This document shows, piece after piece, positions 23,115-35,119 of a DNA stretch of 64,000 nt. Under the pieces are notes generated by a model. The model saw only the letters and a program-made list of their open reading frames with translations, had not been told where the DNA came from and searched no databases. The stretch is from NCBI GenBank assembly GCA_028534125.1, contig CM052816.1:68636001-68700000 (forward strand), given 5' to 3'. Position 1 is the first letter of the stretch. Every line of letters begins with the position of its first letter. Both the position numbers and the translations under genes were made by a program. The DNA comes from Lama glama (taxonomy: Eukaryota).

Positions 23115-25745
23115 TGGTCATTTTAACAATATTAATCTTTCCTATCTATAAGCCTAATGTATCTTTCCATTTGTTTGTATCATTTTCAGTTTCTTCCATC
23201 AGCATCTTATAGTTTCCTGAGTACAGATCTTTCACTTCCTTACGTAGGTTTATTCCTAGGTATTTTGTTCTTTTTGATGCAATGGTAAATGAGATTGTTT
23301 CCTTAATTTCTCTTTCTGATAGTTTATTGTTAGTGTATAGAAATGCAACGGATTTCTGTGTATTAATTTTGTATCCTGCAACTTAACTGAATCTTTATTT
23401 CTAATAGTTTTTTTTTTTTTGGTATTGTCTTTAGGATTTTCTATATATAGTATCAGGTTGTCTGTGAACAGTGAAAGTTTTACTTCTTCCTTTTCAATTT
23501 GAATTCCTTTTATTTATTTATTTTCATGTCTGATAGCTGTGGCTAGGACTTCCAATACTATGTTGAATGAAAGTGGTGAGAGTGGGCATCCTTGTCCTGT
23601 CCCTGATTTTAGAGGAAATGCTTTCAGTTTTTCACCATTAAGTATGATGTTAGCTGTGGGCTTGTCATATATGACCTCTATCATATTGAGGTATGTTCCT
23701 CCTATGCCCACTTTGTGGAGAGTTCTTATCATAAATGGATGTTGAATTTTGTCAAAAGCTTTTTCTGCATCGATTGAGATTATCATATGATTTTACTACT
23801 TCTGTCTTTTAACCTTCCTACTAGCTTTACAGGTTGTTGGTTTACTACCTTCACCATATATTTGTCTTTACCAATGAGATTTTTCCTTTCATAATTTTCA
23901 TACTTATAGTTATGGTCTTTTCTTTTCCACTTAAAAAGCCCCTTTAACATTTTTTGTAAAACCAGTTTAGTGGTAATGAACTCTCTTAGCTTTTGTTTGT
24001 CTATAAAACTTTTTATCTCTGCATGATATCTTGCCAGGTAGAGCATTCTTTCTTGTAGGATTTTTCCTTCCATCTCTTAATATATTGTGTCACTCCCTTC
24101 TGGCCTTCAAAGATTTTGCTGAAAAGTAAGCTCACAGTCTTATAGGAATTCTCTTGTATGTAACTAACGTTTTTTTCCTTTCCTAAGATTCTCTTTTTAT
24201 CTTTAATTTTTGCCATTTTACTTACAGCATCTTGGCGTGGACCTCTTTGGGTCGATCATGTTTGGGATGCTCTATGCTTCCTGGACCTGGAAGTCTGTTT
24301 CCTTTCCTAGGGCAGGGAAGTTTTCAGCTATTATTTCCTTTAATAATTTCTCTGCCTCTTTCTTTCATTCAGCTTCTTCTGGGACCCTATAATGCAAATT
24401 TTAGTATGCTTGATGTTGTCTCAGAGGTCTCTTAAATTGTCCTCATTTAAAAAAATTTTTTTTTCTTTTTTCTTTTCAGCTTGGGTGATTTCCAATACTC
24501 TGTCTTCCACTTCACTGATCCATTCCTCTGTATCATCTAATCAACTGTTGGTCCTTCTAGTTTATTTTTTATTTCATTACTGTATTTTTCAGCTCTTTTT
24601 ATATTTTCTAACTCTTTATTAAAGTTCTCACTGTGTTCAGTCATTCTTCTCCTGAGTTTTTTTAATGGTGATTACCTTGAAATCGTTATTGGGTAGATTG
24701 CTTATCTCCAATTCACTTAGTTCTTCTGGGGTAATATCTTGTTTCTGCCATTGGAACACATTCCTCTGTCACTTCATTTTGCTTAATTCTCCGTTTTCAT
24801 TTCTATGTGTTATGTAAGTAGGTTATGTTTCCTGATCTTGGAGAAGAGATCTTATGTAGGAGATCTCCTATGGGGCCCAGTTGCACACTCCCCTCTGGAC
24901 ACCAGAGCTATATACTGCAGTGGTGTCTCCTATATTTGTGAGCTGCAGGGGCCCTTCTTTTGTGGTGTGGCCAACTTCTGTGGGTACACAGGTAGATGGG
25001 GCTGGCCCTGGTCCAGGTGGCTGCCAGGCTCTGCCTCGTGTGTAGACTGTGAGCTGCGGGTGGGTAGGGCCAGGTCTTGGGGCACTTGCTCTTTGGCTTG
25101 GGGACTCCCAGGACTGGTATTTGCCAGCCAGTGCTAATAGGCTAGAAAAAGAACTCCAAAATGGTGCTTGCTAGCATTAGTGTCCTTGTAGTAGGATGAG
25201 CTCCTAAAAAATGGCTGCCACCAGCGTATGTCCTCAGGGGCAGTCTTGATTGCCTTCTACCTCTCCTGATGGCTCTCTAAATTCAGCAAGTGTGTCTGAT
25301 CCAGACTCCTTTCAAATTACTGTGTCTCAAAGCATGTACAATTTTGTGCGCATCCTTTAAGAGCAGACTCTCTGTTTCCTAAGCCCTCTGGCTCTTCTGT
25401 ACACAAGCCCTGCTGGCCTTCAAAGCAGACATTCCCAAGGCAGGACTCCCAGGCTGGGAAGCCCAATGTGGGGCATGGATCTCTTGCTCTTAGGAAGAGT
25501 CTCTGCAATTTTAATGGTCCTCCCATTGTGAGTCACAACCTAGGGGTATAGGTCTTAATTATACCGTGTCTCCACCCCTCCTACTCATCTTATTGTGCTT
25601 CCTTCTTCAGTTGTGGAAAATATTTTCTGCTAGTCTTCAGGTCATTCTCGTCAATAGTTGCTCTATAAATAACTGTAATTTTGATGTGACTGTAGGAGGA
25701 GGTGAGATCAGGGTCTTCCTACTCTGCCATCTTGGCCACCTCCCC
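23115..25745 (-). mobile_element. L1 with 5' UTR, decayed ORF1 and part of the ORF2 RT domain; internally deleted and 3'-truncated
   Basis: 5' end ggggaggtggccaagatggcagagtagg (YY1-type AAGATGGC); ORF1 remnants KIKDKKRIL and EIKSFIDKQKLREFITTK; RT remnant [19 protein letters not shown]...[17 protein letters not shown] (23514-23786); ends near an IGKINIVKM-like motif; multiple frameshifts. Confidence 0.92.
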
Positions 25746-26233
25746 AATTCTATCTTTTACAGACACATGCTTCTGATGTTTATTTGCCTTTTAAACTAAG
25801 TAAAATATACATAATTATGATTAAAGTCTAAAATGGCCAATCTCAAATTTAACCAAAATTGGATTGCAGAGAAAGTTTCCTGCTTTAATGCCATGCTTAA
25901 TTCAATTTAAAGCAAAACAGAATATTGACAAATGTCATTAGACATTATGTAGTTAATAAGAAGTTATTAATCTATCATTTGGATTTTAGCAATAATGTAA
26001 ATATAAAATTCAATCTATTTATATATTAAATAGTGTGTGTGTGTTTGGAGGTTACCCTCATTCTATAGTTCACTTCAGGATTGTAGGTCTCATGCTAGCA
26101 GAATAAAAGAAAAGTTGAAGGGTCCTGAAATTTGGATGAGTGCTCATCTTTAAGCACTGCTTTAAAAAAATGAGTCTGCAGACTACCTACATCAGAATCA
26201 TCTTAAGGTGTTAAAAATACAGGTTTTTCAGCA

Positions 26234-26393
26234 AGGAGGGAGTAGCTCAAGTGGTAGAGTGCATGTTTAGCATGCATGAGTTCCTAGGTTCAATCCCCAG
26301 TAGCTCCACTAAAAATAAATAAATCTAATCTCCTCTCCCTCCCAGCCAAAAAATAAATACAATAGTACAATAAGAAATAAACAAAAATAAAAA
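26234..26393 (+). mobile_element. Camelid tRNA-Ala-derived SINE (Vic-1-like, long form) inserted in a MER5-like element (about 26155-26500)
   Basis: ggagggagtagctcaagtggtagagtgcatgtttagcatgcatgagttcctaggttcaatcccc...ctaatctcctctccc plus A-rich tail; flanks carry MER5 motifs (catcagaatca; gcccaggaatctgtattttt...ccccaggtgattc). Confidence 0.85.
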
Positions 26394-26566
26394 TGTGTAG
26401 ATAGATTTTTCTACTTCACCGTCAAAGATTTTTAGTCAGTATCTAGGGAGAAGCCCAGGAATCTGTATTTTTCAAATGGTCCCCAGGTGATTCCAATGGA
26501 CACTCAGGCAAGAAGCTGGCAATAGAGAATTCCAGCAAGAAATAATAGGGAATTTCGGTAGGTTAG

Positions 26567-27159
26567 TGTACAGAACTCATCTGCAAGTAAACTATAAGGC
26601 AGGTAAGCACAAGGTATCCAAGAAGCCTCCCAGCCGTTCTGTACCACTTCTGGGCTACTTGGTCTCAGAGCTGTTCTTCAACTCTCTCTGCTCTGTTTGG
26701 TACAACAGGGTGTCTTGTTCCTGCAGGCTGTTTCCAGGGCTCCTATAGACTGACTTCCCACTGGGATTACCCAATAAGAGATATTGGCATAAGTCTGGAG
26801 GGCAGAAGGAAGAAACCAGGGCATTTTTTCCCACATCTCTGTCTTAGCCTCCTTCTCTGGCTGCAAATGTGTCTTCATGGTTTCAGTGTCCATCGCACGG
26901 GCCCTCTGTGGTTCTTGTTTCCATGAGCTGACTCTAGCCCCCAGTCTCTAATCATATCATTTTTAATCTCTGTACCTCCGGGCTTGAAGTAAGTGGAAGT
27001 CCTTTCCTTCTTTTGCTGCTAATATCTGGAATGCTTTAAATTCTATAATAATTTCCTAACTACTCCGTCACCCACGTATCCAATTTCCTTTATTCAATTC
27101 TCTTTGTTTTAAATACTCAGAACAGTTTCTGTTTTCCTTGTTGGATCCTGGCTGATACA
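26567..27159 (+). mobile_element. Old ERVL-class solo LTR (LTR33/LTR41-like)
   Basis: Ends ...ttctctttgttttaaatactcagaacagtttctgttttccttgttggatcctggctgataca, typical of this class. Confidence 0.55.
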
Positions 27160-28049
27160 TGGCCCCAGTCACAGGGCTAGCTAGGGTGTCAGAACCAGAT
27201 CTTCACTCACTCCTGAAGCAGGTAGAACTGAATAAGTCCTGAGGCAGGTGGCCAAGAATAAGACAGAGAGGGCCTCAGTCTTGGGGTGGCATATACCCTG
27301 GGGTATATGCCTCAGGATTCTCCAAATGTGTGATAAAGCTTGGTGCCTTCTCACAGGCTGTATCTTGTGATTTTAAAAATTGGTCACAAGGGTACGTCTT
27401 CTGGAAACCATACCACTGGAGTAACTAGCATGTGGTAGCTACTTAATCAATATTTGTTGCCTAGATGTGCATAGTTTGCAAGGGAAACTATCTGATCAGA
27501 TTTAGAGGGAAGAATTTGAAAGAGATTCTTTTCACCTCTATCCAACAAATATTTCTGGCATGAAAAGGAAACAAAAGGTTATTTTCTTAAACTATTTAAT
27601 TTTATTTTTAAGCACTCAGAATTTTTTTCTTTTGGAATTGTATAATATCTTCTAGAGATTAAGTCAGGATTTTTTTTTAGCTAGAAAACCAGGCCTATGA
27701 ACTAGGAATTTATTTTTATCTACCTGGCAATGAACATTAGTCAGTCTCTTACTATTGCAAAAAATACATGTTAATAAGATACATGGTATCAGATGTTTAG
27801 TACATTAGAATTCTACCAGTTTTGTAGTATAGTGTTAACCGTCCCAGGAAACTGAAAGTATAGTATTACTGGAAAAACAATTAAGATTTAGGAAAAAGCA
27901 GAACGTACTGAGATTAATGGGTTAATTTTTCAATATAAGTTGGTATATTTGATATTTTTATTGATTAAAGTTCCATGAAATCAAAATATTTATGTAATTA
28001 GTCTCAATAACTAAAACATATAATTTTTAAGTCAAAAATTAAAATGTCA

Positions 28050-28165
28050 TTGTACAATATTATGTTAGTTTCAGGTCTACTACATAGTGATTTGACATTT
28101 GCATACATTATGGGACAATCACCACGATAAGTATAGTAACCGTCTGTCCCCATATAAAGTTACTT
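28050..28165 (-). mobile_element. L1MA-like 3' fragment
   Basis: caatattatgttagtttcaggt...catagtgatttgacatttgcatacattat...accgtctgtccccatataaagtta. Confidence 0.6.
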
Positions 28166-28349
28166 AAAGGTTATAAACTACTGTTTTTGTTTTGAGGGTA
28201 CTGGATTATGACTGACATTTTATCTCTCTTTTTTCTTTTTCGTTATCCATATATTTCTAAAAGAATGAGCACTCATCCTTCTTTAAGTTGAAAAAGAAAA
28301 CAAAGTTAAAATGAAAAAAGACAAGGTTTTTTTTTTGTTGTAGTTGTTG

Positions 28350-28470
28350 AAAAAACAGCAAAAATGCTAACCATAAAGGGGAATATTGACACATTGGTCT
28401 GGACTAGATTAAAATTAAGAACTTCTGCTCAGCAAAAGACAGCCAACTTATATATTGAACTGAAAAGGGC
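28350..28470 (+). mobile_element. Old L1 ORF2 fragment (appears to continue at 29927)
   Basis: gactagattaaaattaagaacttctgctcagcaaaagac encodes a DYIKIKNFCSAKD-like L1 ORF2 motif. Confidence 0.6.
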
Positions 28471-28522
28471 TTCCCAGATCCAATTCTAGAATGTGTGTGT
28501 GTCTGTGTGCATGTGTCTGTGT

Positions 28523-28769
28523 GTGTAGGCTTCCTATACCAACAACCGATTCTTGCATGCCAGCAGGATGCTTGAGAATTCACGGCAATTTCTGACACTA
28601 TCTACCCGGAGACAGAATCAGATTCCTCAGGTAGAGGGCTCAGTCCCACATGACTGCCCTCTACTTCAGACACCAGTTGCAAGCTCAGGTTACCTGTGCT
28701 TCTGACCCACTGGCTGCACAAACTGAAACTTTCGACGACCTCCTGCAACTCAGGATGCCAGTCACAAGT
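28523..28769 (+). mobile_element. MER21-like LTR, cut by the gap
   Basis: caatttctgacactatctacccggagacagaatcagattcctcagg...agggctcagtcccacatgactgcc...acctgtgcttctgacccactggct. Confidence 0.65.
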
Positions 28770-29269
28770 NNNNNNNNNNNNNNNNNNNNNNNNNNNNNNN
28801 NNNNNNNNNNNNNNNNNNNNNNNNNNNNNNNNNNNNNNNNNNNNNNNNNNNNNNNNNNNNNNNNNNNNNNNNNNNNNNNNNNNNNNNNNNNNNNNNNNNN
28901 NNNNNNNNNNNNNNNNNNNNNNNNNNNNNNNNNNNNNNNNNNNNNNNNNNNNNNNNNNNNNNNNNNNNNNNNNNNNNNNNNNNNNNNNNNNNNNNNNNNN
29001 NNNNNNNNNNNNNNNNNNNNNNNNNNNNNNNNNNNNNNNNNNNNNNNNNNNNNNNNNNNNNNNNNNNNNNNNNNNNNNNNNNNNNNNNNNNNNNNNNNNN
29101 NNNNNNNNNNNNNNNNNNNNNNNNNNNNNNNNNNNNNNNNNNNNNNNNNNNNNNNNNNNNNNNNNNNNNNNNNNNNNNNNNNNNNNNNNNNNNNNNNNNN
29201 NNNNNNNNNNNNNNNNNNNNNNNNNNNNNNNNNNNNNNNNNNNNNNNNNNNNNNNNNNNNNNNNNNNNN
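28770..29269. other. Assembly gap (500 N)
   Basis: Run of exactly 500 N. Confidence 0.99.
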
Positions 29270-29685
29270 TGTCCCTGAAGAATGTCATTCTAAGTGAAGT
29301 AAGCCAGAAAGAGAAAGAAAAATGCCATATGAGATCACTCATATGTGGAATCTAAAATGAAGTAAAAAAGAACATAAATATAAAACAGAAACAGACTCAT
29401 AAACATAGAATACAAACTTGTGGTTGCCAAAGGGGAGGGGGGTGGGAAGGGATAGATTGGGAGTTCAAAATTTGTAGATACTGATAGGCATATGCAGAAT
29501 AGATAAACAAGATTATACTGTATGACACAGGGAAATATATACAAGATCTTGTGGTAGCTCACAGAGAAAAAAATGTAACAATGAATATATGTATGTTAAT
29601 GTATAACTGAAAAATTGTGCTCTACACTGGAATTTGACACAACATTGTAAAATGACTATAACTCAATAAAAAAATGTTAAAAAAA
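29270..29685 (+). mobile_element. Young lineage-specific L1 3' end, running into the gap
   Basis: gaatgtcattctaagtgaagtaagccagaaagagaaagaaaaatgccat...gtgctctacactggaatttgacacaacattgtaaaatgactataactcaataaaaaaa. Confidence 0.9.
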
Positions 29686-29926
29686 TTTAACTTTACAGGA
29701 GACATGAGGGTTCTGTTCTGATTTTATAGATGAGTAAAGAGCAGTGTGAGATCCCACAGTAGGTGTGGAGGTAGACTAGCTTCAAGGTCTGGGCACCTCC
29801 TGCTCTGCTGCCAGCATGACCAGAAAGCTACACACGATTCCCATTTGGTTAGCGTGATTGATTCAGCCTTTAAACCGTACATGTAACTCAGTTACTGTAA
29901 ATAAAGGTTCCTGAAAGTCTTCTACA

Positions 29927-30858
29927 GAGAAAAAAAAAATTGCAATATTGCACCAACAAAGAGATTATTTCCAGAATATATTAAGACCTCCTAAAAATCT
30001 CTAAGAAAAAGACAACCAAACAGAAAAAAATGCACAAAAGAATTGAATAGATAGTGCATAAAAGAGGCCATAAAAGTGTCTAATAAATATGTAAAAAATT
30101 GCTCAACTTCATTTGTCATTAGGGAAGTGCAAATCAAAACCATAATAAAATATCTCTACATATCCAGCAGAATGTCTATAATGAAAAATATGGGGTATAA
30201 AGAAAAAGTATTGGTGAGGATGTGGAATAACTGGAATTCTCACACATTCCTGGCAGGAATGGTAAAAACATTTTGGAAAACTGGCAATACTCACTTAAAT
30301 TGAACGTATGCATATCTTATGACCTAGGAACACCACATCCAGGTATAACCTAACAGAAACGTGTTCATATGTTCACCAAAAAACATGAACAACAATGTTT
30401 ATAGCACGTCATTACAGTGCCAAACTCGGAAGCTATCCAAGAGCCTATAGACAATTGGAAGGATAGATTGTGGTATACTCTCAGAACAGAACATTCTACA
30501 GCAATGAGAATGAATGATTTGCAACTACATATAACAAATGAATGGATCTCACAAAAATCATGTTGAGTGAAAGAGGTCCATATTATGCAATTCCATGATA
30601 TTAAGATAATCCATTGCTATTGAGAGTACATACTATGTAATTCCATTGCCATCAAGTTGAAATGCATACAAAATTATGGCACCAGAAGTTAGAACAGTTA
30701 GAATTTCTGCAAAATTTCTAAGCTGAGGTCAACATTTTGTATCTTTATGTGGGTACGGTTTATAAGGATGTGTTCATTTGTAAAAAATTGTATCCACCTG
30801 TACTCTGATATGTGCACTTTTATGTATGTATGTTATACTTTAATAAAAAGCTGTAAAA
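29927..30858 (+). mobile_element. Old L1 (L1ME-like) ORF2 end and 3' UTR
   Basis: gattatttccagaatatattaagacctcc...tcattagggaagtgcaaatcaaaaccata...gtatgttatactttaataaaaag. Confidence 0.75.
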
Positions 30859-30978
30859 GGAATGAAATGCTCCAATGGGCCCTATGAACAAGTTTGCTTA
30901 GATGGTTATATGTCTATAGCACTTACAGCTAAATAAGAAAAGCATTTGTCTTGTATTTCCCTCTTTAAACACATCTTC

Positions 30979-31560
30979 TGTGGTAGGCAGAATAAGGGTC
31001 CCCCCACCAAATATCTCCAGGTCCTAATTATCTGAACCTGTAACTACATTATTTTACATGACAAAAGGGACTTTGCAGGTGTAATTAAATTAAGGACTTT
31101 GAGAAGAGGAGATTATCCTGGAATATCAGGATGAGCCCAAACTAAAATCACATGTATCCTTGAAAGTGGAGAACCTCCCCCAAATGTGGTCAGAGGGAGA
31201 TACGACTATTGAAGAATAGTTTGGAGAGTTGCAACACTGCTGGCTTTGAAGATGGTGGAGGAAGATTATGAGTCAAGGAATGCGGGCAGCCTTTAGAAGC
31301 TGAAGGCAAAGAAATAAATTCTCCCCTAGGTCCTCCAGAATGGAGTATGGCCCTGCCAACACTTTGATTTTAGTCCGGTGAGACACATGTAGAAATTCTG
31401 ATGTATAGAACTATAACATAATAAATTTGTTTTTTTTTTCAGAGTGCAAATAAATTGTATTTATTTATTTATTTATTTTTAATTGAAGTATTAAATTTGT
31501 GCTGTTTTAAGCCACTAAGTTTGTGGTAATTTGTTACAGCAGCAATAGAAAACTAATTCA
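30979..31560 (+). mobile_element. MaLR solo LTR (MLT1D-like)
   Basis: tgtggtaggcagaataa...caaaagggactttgcaggtgtaattaa...gccactaagtttgtggtaatttgttacagcagcaatagaaaactaattca; 5-bp TSD tcttc / ccttc. Confidence 0.88.
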
Positions 31561-32249
31561 CCTTCCTTTTACTGATTGTTAGAAATGCATTTTTTAAAAA
31601 ATCTCATGTTTTCATCCCTTATGGGCTGCCACTGTTGGCAGCAGCAACAATGACGCTAGAATGTCAGACGTTTTGCAAGACTGGAAGTTCTATATGCAAG
31701 GACTAAAGGGCACAGAGAGCTTATCTACAGTTCAACCCCATCATTGTCCTTAGAGTTTCTGGTATGAAAAGAAGTGCTGTTTCTGCAAGGTGCAGAGGCC
31801 AGGACAATGTTCCTACATACACCTGCCCTTGGTGTAACAACAAATACAGCTTCACAAATAGGGAAATCATTCAAGTAAAACACGTGGCATGCCAATGATT
31901 CTAAAAACCCATTCACACACCTGAGAACTGGTTATACTTCCTTGACCTGGGGCCACCAAGATGATCTCTCCAAGGTCCCCAACAGCAAAAGAATAATGCA
32001 ACCAAGCAGAGAACTCTGTTGTTATTAGCAAGACTGCGAAGTAATAACTTGGGAGTGTGCCAGTCAATGGCAACCTACTCTCTCCACCCGTATTCTCTGA
32101 TAAGAACTTTGATTTTTTTTTCCAATTGCTTTGAATGTGTTATGTAAATGCAGCTTTAAGACAGGTTTTCTAAATCCTCCTATATGAGAATTCTGAAACC
32201 ACCATTGGTGTTAATATTTGATACATGACATGGACACATCTCAGTTTCT

Positions 32250-33275
32250 GGATACTTGCCAATTTTGGTTGAAAATAGCTTGGCATTATCTTGTAAAGTT
32301 GAATATAGGCATATCTGTGTGAGCTTCCTACGGCTGCTGGAGCAAATCACCACAGACTTGATGGCTTAAAACAACACAAATTTATCCTTTCACAGTTGTG
32401 AACACCAGAAGTCCAAAATCAGTTTCACTGGATTGAAATCAAAGTGTTGACAGGGCATCTTACCTTCTTCTGTCTGGAGTCAAATCTCCTTTTGCCTCCA
32501 AATTTAAAGGACACTTGTGGTTGCATTTGGGGCCCAGCTGGATGGTCCAAGATAATCTCCCCATCTCAAGGTCTTAAATTAAATCACATCCACGAGGACC
32601 TTTTTCCATGTAAGGCAACAGTCACAGGTTTGGGAGATTAGAATGTGAACATATCTTTGGGGCAATTGTCAGCCTACACTAGCAATTCCATTCCTATTAA
32701 ATGCTCTAGAGATACTCCTGCCAAAGTGCACCAGGAAGCACATACAAGAATGTTCATAGGTGTATTTTTCGAAATGCATTTTAAAAGTCCGAAGGAAACT
32801 ACCCAGATGTCTGTTGATAGGTGACTGGATAAGTAAAGAGTGGCATATTCATGTAAAGAGGAATGTATCCATCAGTGACAATGATTGATCTGTAGCAACA
32901 GGAAACAACATTAATAAGGCCTGGTGAGTGCAAAAGCAAACCCTCATTTACTGGTGTACATGATGTGACACTTTTTATAAAGCTCAAAACATAAAATATT
33001 GACTAGGGACAAATATGTGGTAAAGTCATAATTTTCTTTTAAATAAAGGCAATAATAAAGACAAAATTTAGAAGGTAGTCACCTCGGGGTTAGTGTGGAT
33101 GGAAAATAGAGTGGGCTGGGGGTATAGGATCAGGAAGGAGCACCCAGGTGACTTCAAAAATATCAGAGATGTTTTAGCTCTTTTCTTGGGTAGTGAGTCC
33201 CTAGGTGTTTATTTTGTTATGCTTTACAATTTATACACGTTATAAATATTCCTTTATATGTATCAAATATTTTTT
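32250..33275 (+). mobile_element. Old L1ME-like fragment, split by an MLT1
   Basis: ttggcattatcttgtaaagttgaatataggcat resumes after the LTR as tagcaattccattccta...acaagaatgttcatag. Confidence 0.6.
32316..32680 (-). mobile_element. MaLR solo LTR (MLT1-like)
   Basis: ggctgctggagcaaatcaccacagacttgatggcttaaaacaacacaaattt...gataatctccccatctcaaggtcttaa. Confidence 0.8.
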
Positions 33276-33291
33276 AAAACCCCAAGGTAAT

Positions 33292-33723
33292 GGACCTAGA
33301 GGGTATTATACTAAGTGAAATAAATCAGAGAAAGACAAATATTGTATGATTTCACTTATATGCGGAATGTGAGAAACAAAACAAATGAACAAACAAAATA
33401 AGACAAAAACAGACTAGTAGGTGAGGAGAAAAAACAGCGGTTGCCAGAGGGGAGGAGAGTGGGGAGTGGGCAAAATAGCTGAAGTAGAGTAAGAAGTACA
33501 AACTTCCATTTATAAAATAAATAGATCACAGGGATACAATGTATAGCATAGGGAATATAGACAGTAACACTAATAACTATGATGGAGACAGATGGTTATT
33601 AGACTTACTGTGGTGATTGTTTTGTAATGTATTTAAATATCAGTCACTTTGTTGTACACCTGAAACTAATATATCATTGTATGTCAAATATACATAAATA
33701 AAAAAACAAAAACTCCAACCCCC
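33292..33723 (+). mobile_element. L1MA-like 3' end with TSD
   Basis: ggacctagagggtattatactaagtgaaataa...tgttgtacacctgaaactaatata; TSD aaaaccccaaggtaat (33276-33291) / aaaaccccaccaaggtaat (33724-33742). Confidence 0.8.
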
Positions 33724-33989
33724 AAAACCCCACCAAGGTAATTAGTGGCATTGTGTTAGACATTTTTCCAAGTTAGGTATTCAAGCTGGTTAGAGAAAAC
33801 AAAGGGATTTATCCCAAGGATTCATATGGATAGGAACTGCTTCCAGGATTTGAAGCAGCCAATGGACCAACTACTCTCTCCTTGTCTCTCCTACACAAAG
33901 GAGGGAGAATCTGTTGCAGGAAGGCTGGTTCAGCTATAAGCAGAATATCTGATAAATTCTTCACTCGCTGATAGCTTCATCTTCAAGAG

Positions 33990-34320
33990 TGGTGTTTCCA
34001 CCTTAAATAACAACAATAACCCAGAGTAATTTTTAAAATGACTGGACTTAATGAATCCAAATTTCCAAGAAAGACACCAGGTAATCTGCATATTTAATAA
34101 GTGTATCAGGTGGTTCTCACTATCAGGAAAACCTGGGAAATTTCTGGGGCAGTGCTTCTCAACATTAATGTGCACAGGAAACACTTGTGATCTTTTTGAA
34201 ATGCAGATTTTGACTCAGGAGGCCTGGGGTGGAGTCTCCGTGGAGTCTTCTTCCTGAGAGGCCTCAGGTGACACAGACACTGCCAGTTGAGAGCACGGCT
34301 GAGCAGCTAGGGTCTAGAGC
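33990..34320. mobile_element. Cluster of MER5-like MITE fragments
   Basis: aatctgcatatttaataag...ggcagtgcttctcaacattaatgtgca...gaaatgcagattttgactcaggaggcctggggtgg. Confidence 0.5.
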
Positions 34321-34437
34321 TCAGCACAGTGTCACAGGCGCCCTTTGGAGACCTGGGAAGAGCTATCTATATTTCCATTTCACAGCAAAACTCATAAACA
34401 CAGGTGTTAACATACAACTGCAAAGTGTTTGGGGACA

Positions 34438-34786
34438 TGGCAAGTAAAAGAATTTACCAAAGACAAAGAGAAGTTTAAGAACAAAGGAGAGATTTATAGT
34501 TACGCTGCTACAGGCACCAGTGGGCCACATAGATGAGATGTCTGTGTGAGGCAGGGCTGAATGTGACGGTCTTTTATTGAGGGGAAGGGGCTGTGAACAC
34601 AACAGGTAGGGGTTGCATGATCGATTTGCGCACAGGTACCTGGTTGGTTGTAAGACTTGTCAAGGGCTACTCTGAATAATGGCATTTATGACTCTCATAA
34701 GGGCAGGATGTGCCGTGAGGCCTGTCCGCCCAGGATATTGTGAGACTAGACATTTCCTGGGGTTATTAATTTTGTTAGGGTAAACA
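34438..34786 (-). mobile_element. Candidate lineage-specific solo LTR (349 bp)
   Basis: TG...CA termini with near-TSD GACA / CACA; retained CpGs; minus strand has AATAAAAG near 34575 and ATAAATCTCTCC near 34495. Confidence 0.4.
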
Positions 34787-35119
34787 CACATGGAAGGAAG
34801 ATGTTTTTTATCTTGCAGAAATGCAAGTATGTGGAGGGTCCTGAAGTGAGGAGTGAGGGGTAAGGGTGCCAGTCAGCTCCAGGCACAGGGTGAGTCCAGG
34901 AGTGGGGGTGGGGAATGTGGGGGGTGGGGGTGGGGTTATAGACTTTAGAGCAGCTTCAGAGAGTGCCAGCCAGACGGTTCCACATTCCCAGAGAGCGCCA
35001 GAGGGCTCCACACAAAGGGTTTGGAGGGCCCCAGGTCACTATCCTTAGGCCAGGTTTAATAGGACACTCCATCAACCTGATTCTAAAGAAATGACAGGAA
35101 TCTTTGAATAATAATGTCC

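Noticed and set aside
23514..24216. Active reverse transcriptase or ORF1 genes
   Set aside because: Frameshifted fragments of a deleted, truncated L1
28602..29355. Long ORFs of 215-246 aa
   Set aside because: Artefacts of translating through the 500-N gap
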